From positions 106,567 through 170,566 of the forward strand of contig CAIYAP010000006.1 of assembly GCA_903924205.1 (NCBI GenBank): a DNA stretch of 64,000 nt. The letters are read 5' to 3'. The position numbers and the translations under genes are program-made. The notes under the pieces were generated by a model, which did not search any database, had not been told where the DNA came from, and saw only the letters and a program-made list of their open reading frames with translations. Source of the DNA: an uncultured Actinomycetes bacterium (lineage in GTDB: Bacteria > Actinomycetota > Acidimicrobiia > Acidimicrobiales > RAAP-2). The number at the start of each line of letters is the position of its first letter. Position 1 is the stretch's first letter. This document shows, piece after piece, positions 9,900-17,392 of this stretch.

Positions 9900-10997
9900 A
9901 TGAACGGGACTACGGGCAACTACTTGGCCGTCATCAAGGTCTTTGGTGTCGGCGGTGGTGGTGTCAACGCCGTCAACCGCATGATTGCCGGTGGACTTCG
10001 CAACGTGGAATTCATCGCGGCGAATACCGACGCTCAGGCCCTCCTGCTCAGCGATGCCGATCTCAAGATTGATATTGGTCGCGAATTAACTCGTGGTCTC
10101 GGTGCGGGCAGCGATCCGGAAATCGGTCGTCAGGCCGCCGAAGAGCACAAGGCGGAGATTGAAGAAGCGCTCAAGGGGGCGGACATGGTCTTCATCACCG
10201 CGGGTGAAGGCGGCGGTACCGGTACCGGCGCTGCTCCCGTGGTCGCCGAAGTGGCGCGCAGTCTGGGTGCACTGACTATTGGCGTGGTGACCAAGCCGTT
10301 CAGTTTCGAAGGCAAGCGTCGCCAGAGCCAGGCGGAGAAGGGCATCACGTCGCTACGCGAGAAGGTTGACGCTCTCATCGTGATTCCAAATGACCGCCTG
10401 ACGTCAGTGGTGACGGCGGCCACCACGATGCAGGAAGCGTTCAAACTCGCTGACGATGTCTTGCTGCAGGGTGTTCGTGGCATTACCGATCTCATTGGCA
10501 ACGCCGGCGAGATCAACACCGACTTCGCGGACGTCAAGATGATTTTGTCGAATGCCGGCACTGCTCTCATGGGCATCGGTACGTCAACGGGTGAGGGGCG
10601 CGCGGTCAATGCGGCTCGTGCCGCCATCAGCTCGCCGCTGCTGGAAGCGTCTATCGACGGTGCTCGTGGCGTGTTGATGAACATTGTGGGTGGCCCGAAC
10701 ATCACCCTGTTCGAGGTGCAAGAAGCGGCCGACATCGTTCGCTCCGTTGCGCACCCTGACGCGAACATCATCTTCGGTCAGGTCATTGACGAGGCCATCG
10801 GTGATGCCGTGCGCGTCACGGTTATCGCGGCTGGCTTTGAGCGCTGGGAAGGTGGACGCGCACCGAGCAAGTCGGCCACGGGTTCCACTCCCACCACGTC
10901 TCGCTCGGCATCGGTGTCCGACATCTTCGGCGCTCCCGCCGACGACTTGGGAATCGACGCGAATGGTGATGACGACCTCCCCGAATTCCTTCGCTGA
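9900..10997 (+). CDS. ftsZ: Cell division GTPase FtsZ
   Basis: [13 protein letters not shown] and the tubulin signature [13 protein letters not shown]; C-terminal DDLPEFLR peptide; GAGGA ribosome-binding site upstream. Confidence 0.98.
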   Translation: MNGTTGNYLAVIKVFGVGGGGVNAVNRMIAGGLRNVEFIAANTDAQALLLSDADLKIDIGRELTRGLGAGSDPEIGRQAAEEHKAEIEEALKGADMVFITAGEGGGTGTGAAPVVAEVARSLGALTIGVVTKPFSFEGKRRQSQAEKGITSLREKVDALIVIPNDRLTSVVTAATTMQEAFKLADDVLLQGVRGITDLIGNAGEINTDFADVKMILSNAGTALMGIGTSTGEGRAVNAARAAISSPLLEASIDGARGVLMNIVGGPNITLFEVQEAADIVRSVAHPDANIIFGQVIDEAIGDAVRVTVIAAGFERWEGGRAPSKSATGSTPTTSRSASVSDIFGAPADDLGIDANGDDDLPEFLR

Positions 10998-11655
10998 TAA
11001 CGAGGTAGCTAACGAGGAGGACGTGGCGCTGGTCGCCCACCGTCTCGACGACATTCGACGCCGACTAGGCACGAGCACCGCAGCAGTTCTCGCCGTGACC
11101 AAGACGTATGGTGATCGGGCTATCTCCGCCGCCCTCTCGGCGGGTGTGTCGGGCCTGGGGGAGAACTACGCCACCGAGCTAGCGGCGAAGGCCGACCGGT
11201 GGCCACACGCCCCGTGGCACTTCATCGGCAACCTGCAGTCACGTCAAATAGCGGTGGTTGCGTCGTCAGCCCAAGTGATTTCCGGTGTGGCACGTCTGAA
11301 GGAGATTGATCGCCTCGCCGTTCTGGGCTATCGCGGACTCATCGACCTGCAAGTGGATGTCACCGGCCAACCTCAACGCCATGGTGCCCCGGTAGAGGAC
11401 ATTCCCGGATTGCTTGAGGCGGCGATCGAGCGGGGTCTGCAGGTGCGAGGACTCATGACGGTGGCTGACCCCGTGGACCCGGAGCGCGCATTTCGGGCCA
11501 CCCGAGTCCTCGCTAATTCTCTCGGCCTCGAGGGCTGCTCCATGGGAATGAGCGATGATTTCGAAGTCGCGGCGGCCTGCGGGTCGACTGAAATTCGGGT
11601 GGGATCTTTACTTTTTGGTCGCCGAAATCCCCGTCACGCGGGTGACCTAACATAG
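10963..11655 (+). CDS. yggS: YggS-family pyridoxal-phosphate homeostasis protein
   Basis: AVTKTYG (PLP lysine) and [11 protein letters not shown] motifs. About 230 aa if it starts at ATG 10963. The start is uncertain, because the long upstream ORF extension to 10684 lies inside ftsZ. Confidence 0.8.
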   Translation: MVMTTSPNSFADNEVANEEDVALVAHRLDDIRRRLGTSTAAVLAVTKTYGDRAISAALSAGVSGLGENYATELAAKADRWPHAPWHFIGNLQSRQIAVVASSAQVISGVARLKEIDRLAVLGYRGLIDLQVDVTGQPQRHGAPVEDIPGLLEAAIERGLQVRGLMTVADPVDPERAFRATRVLANSLGLEGCSMGMSDDFEVAAACGSTEIRVGSLLFGRRNPRHAGDLT

Positions 11656-11685
11656 GACTCCAGCACCTGACCTAAAGGGGGCGAC

Positions 11686-12252
11686 GTGCCAACCATTCTG
11701 AACCGCTTCCTCATGTTCCTCGGACTCGTGGAAGAACCCATGGGCCGCGAACCGAGTTTCGGCAAGCCCGTGTACGAGGACGATGAGTATGAAGATGAGA
11801 CGCCACGGCGACGCGCTCGCTCCATCGACGGTGACATTCGTCGCCCCGCCGCGCCGCGACCATCGCGTCCCGTGAATTCACTCTCTGAGCCCGTGGCGTC
11901 CACCCGGCCGACCATTCGTCCGGTGTCACAGGCAACGGTGCGACAAGTGAATTCCCAAGCTCGGTCGGCCGACATTGACGTCGTTGCACCCGCCAGCTAC
12001 AAGGACATCAAGCCCATGGGCGATTCCATCAAGTCTCGCCGCGTGGTCATCGTGAACCTGCGCTACGCCTATGACGCCGATGAGTCTCGTCGTATCAAGG
12101 ACTTCATGGCCGGTGCCACCTTCGTGGCGGGCGCCAAGCTCCGCGCATTGACGGCCGACAAGTTGGTCTACCTGGTGTCACCCACGGGAGTGGACGTACT
12201 GGATCAAGTGCTCGAGCCCTTTCGCGCTCGCGATTTTGCCCCGGTGAACTAG
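11686..12252 (+). CDS. sepF: Cell division protein SepF
   Basis: The C-terminal block SYKDIKPMGDSIKSRRVVIVNL...RIKDFMAGATFVAGAKL matches the SepF domain. GTG start with a GGGGG ribosome-binding site. Synteny ftsZ-yggS-sepF-yggT-divIVA. Confidence 0.9.
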   Translation: MPTILNRFLMFLGLVEEPMGREPSFGKPVYEDDEYEDETPRRRARSIDGDIRRPAAPRPSRPVNSLSEPVASTRPTIRPVSQATVRQVNSQARSADIDVVAPASYKDIKPMGDSIKSRRVVIVNLRYAYDADESRRIKDFMAGATFVAGAKLRALTADKLVYLVSPTGVDVLDQVLEPFRARDFAPVN

Positions 12253-12500
12253 TGCCGCTTCTACGCATTCTCATCCAGCTGTACATCTACGTCTTAGTCG
12301 CGACGGCAATTTTGAGCTGGTTCCCCGATAACGGGCCGGGCACGCTGAGAAATATTCGCTACGCCTTGCGCAGCATCACCGAACCCGTTCTAGTGCCGCT
12401 GCGACGGGCCATCCCCGTGCTGCGAGTGGGGGGAACGGGGATTGATTTGTCGGTTTTCATTCTCGTGTTTGTCTTGCAAATCGTTCAAAGAGTTGTGTAA
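12252..12500 (+). CDS. yggT: YggT-family small membrane protein
   Basis: 82 aa with two TM segments and an N-terminal LIQLYIYVLVATAILSWFP motif. Lies in the conserved position after sepF. Confidence 0.8.
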   Translation: MPLLRILIQLYIYVLVATAILSWFPDNGPGTLRNIRYALRSITEPVLVPLRRAIPVLRVGGTGIDLSVFILVFVLQIVQRVV

Positions 12501-12521
12501 ATAGCGCTTGAAGGGGGTATC

Positions 12522-13313
12522 GTGGCTCGCATGACCACGCCCGACCTGCCCCACAACTCCCTTTCGCAACTGCGTGAAGTTCGCTTTAGATTCGGTCTCC
12601 GCGGTTATGACGTTGATGAAGTCGACGCGTTCCTCGAAGCATGTGCCGACGAATCGGATGCCATGGTGGAAAAGCTGCGCCAGCAGTCATTGCAACTTCG
12701 TCAGGCCTATGAGCGAGTCAGTCAATTAGAAGGCAAGCTGCGAGACGGAGGATCCGCGCCGCTGGCCCCGACTCCGGCTGCCGCATCGGTGGGCAACAAC
12801 GTCTCCGTGGCTGGTGCGGATAGTTCCAACATCATGTCCCTGCTCGAGATGGCGCAATCTTTCGTGGCCGAGGCGAAGCGCAAGGCGGAAGCCGAGGCTC
12901 GTCACATCGAAGTCACGGCGACGGATCGCGCACGCACCATCATCGCGGAAGCTCAGAGCCGCGCTCAGGATGAAATTGAGCGACTCAATGCGGTTAAGCA
13001 GCGGCTGGTGGAGGAAGTTGACACCCTCACGTCGCACGTCGACGCGCAACGCGCGCGTTTTCTCGCCGGTTTGAACGAATTGCAGTCCATGGTGCAGCGC
13101 CACCTCACTCCGGTCAATCCCAATAGTGAAATCTCGGTGGCAACCACACCTGCGGCGCCCACCATTGAGACGGCGCCAGAGCGAACGGTGAATGAACGTA
13201 TCGTTCCCGTCGTGGCGGCGACCTCCGGCGACGCCACCGCCCCCACCCCTCAGATAACGAACGCCCCGACGTTGGGAGATGTACTCAACCTCGATCAGCG
13301 TCGTGACGACTGA
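12522..13313 (+). CDS. divIVA: DivIVA / Wag31-type coiled-coil polarity protein
   Basis: N-terminal DivIVA domain FRFGLRGYDVDEVDAFLE followed by long coiled-coil sequence. GTG start with an AAGGGGG ribosome-binding site. Confidence 0.9.
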   Translation: MARMTTPDLPHNSLSQLREVRFRFGLRGYDVDEVDAFLEACADESDAMVEKLRQQSLQLRQAYERVSQLEGKLRDGGSAPLAPTPAAASVGNNVSVAGADSSNIMSLLEMAQSFVAEAKRKAEAEARHIEVTATDRARTIIAEAQSRAQDEIERLNAVKQRLVEEVDTLTSHVDAQRARFLAGLNELQSMVQRHLTPVNPNSEISVATTPAAPTIETAPERTVNERIVPVVAATSGDATAPTPQITNAPTLGDVLNLDQRRDD

Positions 13314-13371
13314 CACCCCTGACGAGTAGCCTTCGCCCCCGTTAGGGCCGTAACCCCCCCCAAGGAGATCC

Positions 13372-14439
13372 ATGTCGACGTCAAACGTCAAGAAGTCCGC
13401 GCCCGCCAAGAAGGCGCCTGCCAAGAAGGCGCCTGCGAAGAAGTCGGCGCCCGCAAAGAAGCTCGCGCCCGCCAAGAAGGCGCCCGCAAAGAAGCTCGCG
13501 CCCGCCAAGAAGGCGCCCGCAAAGAAGCTCGCGCCGATCAACGCCGCCCAGAAGGCGGCGGCGGCAAAGAAAGCTACCGCGGACAAAGTGAAGTTGGCAG
13601 CTGCCCAGAAGGCTGCTGCCGACAAGGCCAAGCAGGCGGCGGCAAAGGCACGTGCCGCCGAGGCGAAGCAGAAGGCGGCCGACAAGGCGAAGCAGATTGC
13701 CGACAAGGCTCGTGACGCGGCGGCGAAGAAGAAGGCTGCGGAGAAAGCAGCCCTCGAACGCAAGAAGGCGGCCGAAGCCAAGAAGAGGGCCGCCGAGAAG
13801 GCGAAGGCCGATGCTCGACGTGCCCGTGAAGCGGCAGCGAAGAAGCGTGCGGCTGATAAAGCAGCAGAAATTAAGCGCAAGGCCGCCGAGAAGGCGGAAG
13901 CGGAAAAGCGAAAGCTGCGTGAAATTGAGGCTAAAAAGAAGGAGCAAGAACGTCTTCGTCTCGAGCGCCAAGCCGAGATTGAGCGCCTCGAGCGCCAGGA
14001 GCGTGAAGCTCAAGCCAAACGTGAGGCTGACGAGCGGCGTCGGCAGGAGGCTCTCGATAAGAAGCGAAATGCCAAGCCTTACGAGAACGAGCCCGGCTTC
14101 TTAGCGGAGATGCGTGAGCTTCTCATTGCGAAGCGTGCCGAATTGACCGGTCAGATTTCGGATTTCGATGACCAAGCTGATGAGATGCTCGTTGACCGTG
14201 AGCGCCTTGAATACGACGAAGAAGATGGTTCCAGCCTTGGCTCGGATATTCAGCGTGCGCAGATCAAGGAAATGGCGAACCGTTGGCGTCTCGAAGTGGA
14301 CGAGATTGACATTGCGCTCGCGCGAGTTGACGAGGGCTCCTACGGACGCTGCGACGAGTGCTACGAGCGCATCATCAAGGATCGCTTGCGCTATCAGGTG
14401 CCAGTGTTTACGTGCACCGATTGTCGCGCCACGGTATAA
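13372..14439 (+). CDS. DksA/TraR-family C4 zinc-finger protein with a histone H1-like PAKK/AKKA repeat tail and a long K/A/E-rich coiled coil
   Basis: Residues 5-60 are PAKKA/PAKKL repeats, followed by about 170 aa of charged coiled coil. A DFDDQA segment fits the DxxDxA tip motif. The C-terminal CDEC-x17-CTDC is a DksA/TraR zinc finger. Confidence 0.85.
   Translation: MSTSNVKKSAPAKKAPAKKAPAKKSAPAKKLAPAKKAPAKKLAPAKKAPAKKLAPINAAQKAAAAKKATADKVKLAAAQKAAADKAKQAAAKARAAEAKQKAADKAKQIADKARDAAAKKKAAEKAALERKKAAEAKKRAAEKAKADARRAREAAAKKRAADKAAEIKRKAAEKAEAEKRKLREIEAKKKEQERLRLERQAEIERLERQEREAQAKREADERRRQEALDKKRNAKPYENEPGFLAEMRELLIAKRAELTGQISDFDDQADEMLVDRERLEYDEEDGSSLGSDIQRAQIKEMANRWRLEVDEIDIALARVDEGSYGRCDECYERIIKDRLRYQVPVFTCTDCRATV
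13447..13535 (+). repeat. 2.7 perfect copies of a 33-bp tandem repeat (GCGCCCGCAAAGAAGCTCGCGCCCGCCAAGAAG) inside the histone-like tail
   Basis: Copies at 13447-13479 and 13480-13512 are identical. A third copy matches through 13535. The repeat is flanked upstream by more degenerate 15-nt PAKKA units. Confidence 0.9.
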
Positions 14440-14888
14440 GCCGACTGCGGCGGCCCTGGGGGGTTGCCCTGTCGGTCATCCTGGTCAGCGTGGTTGCGAA
14501 CCGGTGGGCGAAAACTCTCCCTCCCGGCCACATCCACGGGTGGGCGTCAATCGTCCACCGTTGTAACAGTGGTGTTAGCTGGTCATGGGGCGCGGGGCAT
14601 GGCAAGTGGGCGCTCATGACTGCAAGTGCGCTCGCCATGGCCGTGACGCTCGCCGCTGCACGAACTCGCCCAGGGATGGCGGCGTGGGGATCAGGCCTTA
14701 TCGTAGGGGGAGCGGTCGGGAATGTCCTGAGTCGCCTGACCTCGACGCAGCGATGCGTCACTGATTACCTCGCCGTTGGTCGATTCTTCGTCGCCAATAT
14801 TCAAGATGTCGCCATCACGATGGGTGTGCTGTTGTGGGCTGCGACATTCCTACAGAAAGATGGGCCGCGTGGACGAGAACACATTTGA
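14358..14888 (+). CDS. lspA: Lipoprotein signal peptidase II (LspA) homologue with an atypical active site
   Basis: Blocks NSGVSWS, GGAVGNVLSRL and VTDYLAVGRFFVANIQDVAIT align to the LspA blocks NxGAAFS, GGAxGNxxDR and FNxAD. Synteny is dksA-like, lspA, rluD. The start is uncertain, because the ORF overlaps the previous gene by 82 nt. Confidence 0.7.
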   Translation: MLRAHHQGSLALSGASVYVHRLSRHGISRLRRPWGVALSVILVSVVANRWAKTLPPGHIHGWASIVHRCNSGVSWSWGAGHGKWALMTASALAMAVTLAAARTRPGMAAWGSGLIVGGAVGNVLSRLTSTQRCVTDYLAVGRFFVANIQDVAITMGVLLWAATFLQKDGPRGREHI

Positions 14889-15834
14889 CGATGAGAGTTT
14901 GGACTTTTCCGTCCCGAGTTCTTTAGATGGCGTGCGCCTTGACCGCGCGATTGCCCTTCTAACCGGCCTCTCGCGCTCTGTCGTCGGCAGCATTATTGAC
15001 AGTGGCTCAGTCATGCTGAACGGTGCCATCGCGACCAAGGCGTCGCTGGTGCTGTCTGAGGGCCAACAGGTAGCCGTCGTGTTGCCGGAGCCCGTTGATG
15101 ACCGCGTGACGCCCGATGCATCGGTGGACATTGACGTGGTGGCGGAGTTTCCCGATTTTCTGGTGATCAACAAGTTCGCCGACCAGGTTGTTCATCCCGG
15201 TGCCGGTCAGCGTGAGGGAACTTTGATTGCCGGAATTCTCGCAAGGTATCCCGAAATTGGGCTCCTGCCCGAGCAGGGCTGTGGCGACGCGGTTCGCCCC
15301 GGGGTGGTTCACCGTCTCGATAAGGGCACCAGCGGCCTCATGACCGTGGCGCGCACTGTCGAAGGATTCAACGCCTTGAGCGAGCAACTTGCAGACCGCA
15401 CGATGGGTCGCACGTATCTGGGTCTTGCCGATGGCTGGGTCACGGAAGAGAGGGGAGTGGTGGACGCGCCCATCGGACGATCCAATCGCAACCCAACACT
15501 GATGTCCGTTCGTCGAGATGGTCGGGTGGCACGCACGGGGTACACGGTCCTGGCTCGATACGAGCAGCCCGTACCGGTCACCTTGCTGCGACTGCGCCTG
15601 GATACCGGCCGCACTCACCAAATTCGTGTCCACTTGTCCGCTATCGGCCATCCGGTCGTGAATGACTCCAAATACGGCCACCGACGAGACCGTCGTTTGC
15701 CTGAAGAGCGATTCTTCCTGCACAGTTGGCGTTTGGAATTTGACCATCCGATAACAGAAGAGCGCCTCAAATTTGAGGCGCTCCTTCCGTCTGATCTTCG
15801 TTCGTTGCTCCCGGAGGAGCCACCGCTCGACTAG
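14860..15834 (+). CDS. rluD: RluA/RluD-family 23S rRNA pseudouridine synthase
   Basis: S4-like N-terminus (RLDRAIALLTGLSRS) and catalytic HRLDKGTSGLM motif. ATG 14860 chosen as the start. Confidence 0.9.
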   Translation: MGRVDENTFDDESLDFSVPSSLDGVRLDRAIALLTGLSRSVVGSIIDSGSVMLNGAIATKASLVLSEGQQVAVVLPEPVDDRVTPDASVDIDVVAEFPDFLVINKFADQVVHPGAGQREGTLIAGILARYPEIGLLPEQGCGDAVRPGVVHRLDKGTSGLMTVARTVEGFNALSEQLADRTMGRTYLGLADGWVTEERGVVDAPIGRSNRNPTLMSVRRDGRVARTGYTVLARYEQPVPVTLLRLRLDTGRTHQIRVHLSAIGHPVVNDSKYGHRRDRRLPEERFFLHSWRLEFDHPITEERLKFEALLPSDLRSLLPEEPPLD

Positions 15835-16679
15835 AGCGTCTCGTGGATGGACTGCACGGTGGAGTCCGAGCGCAAGATTTCCAGCGCCTCTTCCTCCGCG
15901 CGACGCACGCGGCGAACGCCCACGTCCAGTCGGTCAGCCGTCGCCTGCAGCGACAGCGGCGTTTCTCCGGTGAAGCCGTAGCGCAACTCGATCACGCGAC
16001 GCTGTAACTCATTGAGCTGCGCGAGTGATGAGGACATCTGGTCATTCATCATCGTGCGCTCGATATCGCCAATGAAGTCGTGACCGTCAGCGCCAACGAG
16101 GTCGCCCAAGGTGGTGGCGGAGTCACTCGCGGCCGGCTGGTCCAAGCTCGCCGTGACGGCAGCGAGGCCCTGCAGGTGCTCGCGCTCTTGGCGGTTGATG
16201 CCCGTGGCTTCGAAGATTTCGTCGTCGGTGGGGCGTCGGCCGAACAGGCTCGTCAACTCCGTAATGGTGGCTTCGAGGCGCTGTACTTGCTCACCGACTT
16301 CGAGGGGAATGCGAATGGTGCGACCGTGCTGCTGCACGGCACGTTGCAGGCTCTGGCGGATCCACCAGGTGGCGTAGGTGGAGAACTTGAAGCCACGTTC
16401 CCAGTCGAACTTCTCGACGGCACGCATGAGTCCGAAGGTGCCCTCTTGAACGAGGTCAATCATGTCGACGCCACGGTCCTGGTAGCGACGAGCCCAGTGG
16501 ATGACGAGACGGAGGTTCGCCGAAACCATCTGCTTTTTAGCTTCGACGTCGCCGGCGACCACGCGCTTGGCGAGTTCAACTTGCTCTTCGTAGTTCGGCA
16601 GCGGATAGCGGTCGAGGTCTCGAAGAAGCAGTCCCAACATGTCATTGGTGTTGGTGGAGGGGCGCTTGGGAGTGGTCAT
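15831..16679 (-). CDS. Sigma-70 family RNA polymerase sigma factor (group 2-like, no region 1.1)
   Basis: Region 2 reads DLVQEGTFGLMRAVEKFDWERGFKFSTYATWWIRQSLQRAV, and regions 3 and 4 are present; 282 aa. Its stop overlaps the rluD stop (CTAG). Confidence 0.92.
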   Translation of the reverse strand: MTTPKRPSTNTNDMLGLLLRDLDRYPLPNYEEQVELAKRVVAGDVEAKKQMVSANLRLVIHWARRYQDRGVDMIDLVQEGTFGLMRAVEKFDWERGFKFSTYATWWIRQSLQRAVQQHGRTIRIPLEVGEQVQRLEATITELTSLFGRRPTDDEIFEATGINRQEREHLQGLAAVTASLDQPAASDSATTLGDLVGADGHDFIGDIERTMMNDQMSSSLAQLNELQRRVIELRYGFTGETPLSLQATADRLDVGVRRVRRAEEEALEILRSDSTVQSIHETL

Positions 16680-16815
16680 CGTAATCGTTACCTTTCGGGA
16701 AAATTTCTTGTCTGGCTACTTATTACTAACTGCGTAGTTGAAAGTTACCACTCAGTAATTACCTTGTCTAGCACTCTCAACCGGAGACTGACAACTGACG
16801 GAATTCTGGCACACT

Positions 16816-17316
16816 GTGGGAGTGATGAGTGATGTTTCCAGCAACTCCAGTGTGTCTCCGGACGATATTTTGCCCCCCGGCGCCGAGAATTCCGAGGTCG
16901 TGATGAGCGGCGAGCTGGTTGATCCGTCCGAGGTGATTGCGCAACCGACGAAGGTCATGCGCATCGCGACCATGGTGAAGACCTTGCTCGAAGAAGCACG
17001 GTCGGCTCACCTTGATGACGGGGGACGGATTCGGCTTCGCGAGATCTATGACACCAGTGTTCGCGAACTCTCAACGGCACTCTCGCCGGATCTCGCCGAT
17101 GAATTGGCGCGCATGAGTCCGCCCTTTTCGGGCGACATCCCGAGTGAGTCGGAACTTCGTATCGCTCAGGCGCAGTTGGTGGGTTGGCTCGAGGGCCTGT
17201 TTCATGGCATTCAGGCATCCCTGTTTGCCCAGCAAGCGGCTGCCCAGATGCAGCAGCAGCGTCAGTTACCCGAAACGGCTGTCGGCGATGGGCCACGCGC
17301 GGGAACGTACTTGTAG
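16816..17316 (+). CDS. bpa: Bacterial proteasome activator Bpa/PafE (DUF2587)
   Basis: The ELRIAQAQLVGWLEGLFHGIQ core and QPTKVMRIATMVKTLLEE match my recollection of Rv3780. The C-terminus GTYL is a variant of the GQYL proteasome-docking motif. Confidence 0.85.
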   Translation: MGVMSDVSSNSSVSPDDILPPGAENSEVVMSGELVDPSEVIAQPTKVMRIATMVKTLLEEARSAHLDDGGRIRLREIYDTSVRELSTALSPDLADELARMSPPFSGDIPSESELRIAQAQLVGWLEGLFHGIQASLFAQQAAAQMQQQRQLPETAVGDGPRAGTYL

Positions 17317-17392
17317 AAAATGACATGTCGCGGCGAGGCGGTACGCTCGCAAGACCCTGGCGTTCGTCCGCGGTGGTAGCCAGAAGGAGGTG

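Noticed and set aside
10684-10962. Upstream extension of the yggS ORF, giving a 323-aa product
   Set aside because: The extension lies wholly within ftsZ in another frame. It translates to Ser/Arg/Pro-rich sequence unlike YggS proteins. The family length of about 230 aa fits a start near 10963.
13393-13535. Short direct repeats that might suggest a CRISPR array or minisatellite
   Set aside because: The repeats are contiguous with no spacers. They are in frame and encode PAKKA/PAKKL units of a lysine-rich protein tail. This is a coding tandem repeat, not a CRISPR array.
12726-13880. 384-aa ORF on the minus strand opposite divIVA and the DksA-like gene
   Set aside because: It is extremely Ala/Phe/Leu-rich low-complexity sequence, the mirror image of the K/A/E-rich sense frame. 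The sense-strand genes have recognisable domains and ribosome-binding sites. This is an antisense artefact of GC-rich repetitive coding DNA.
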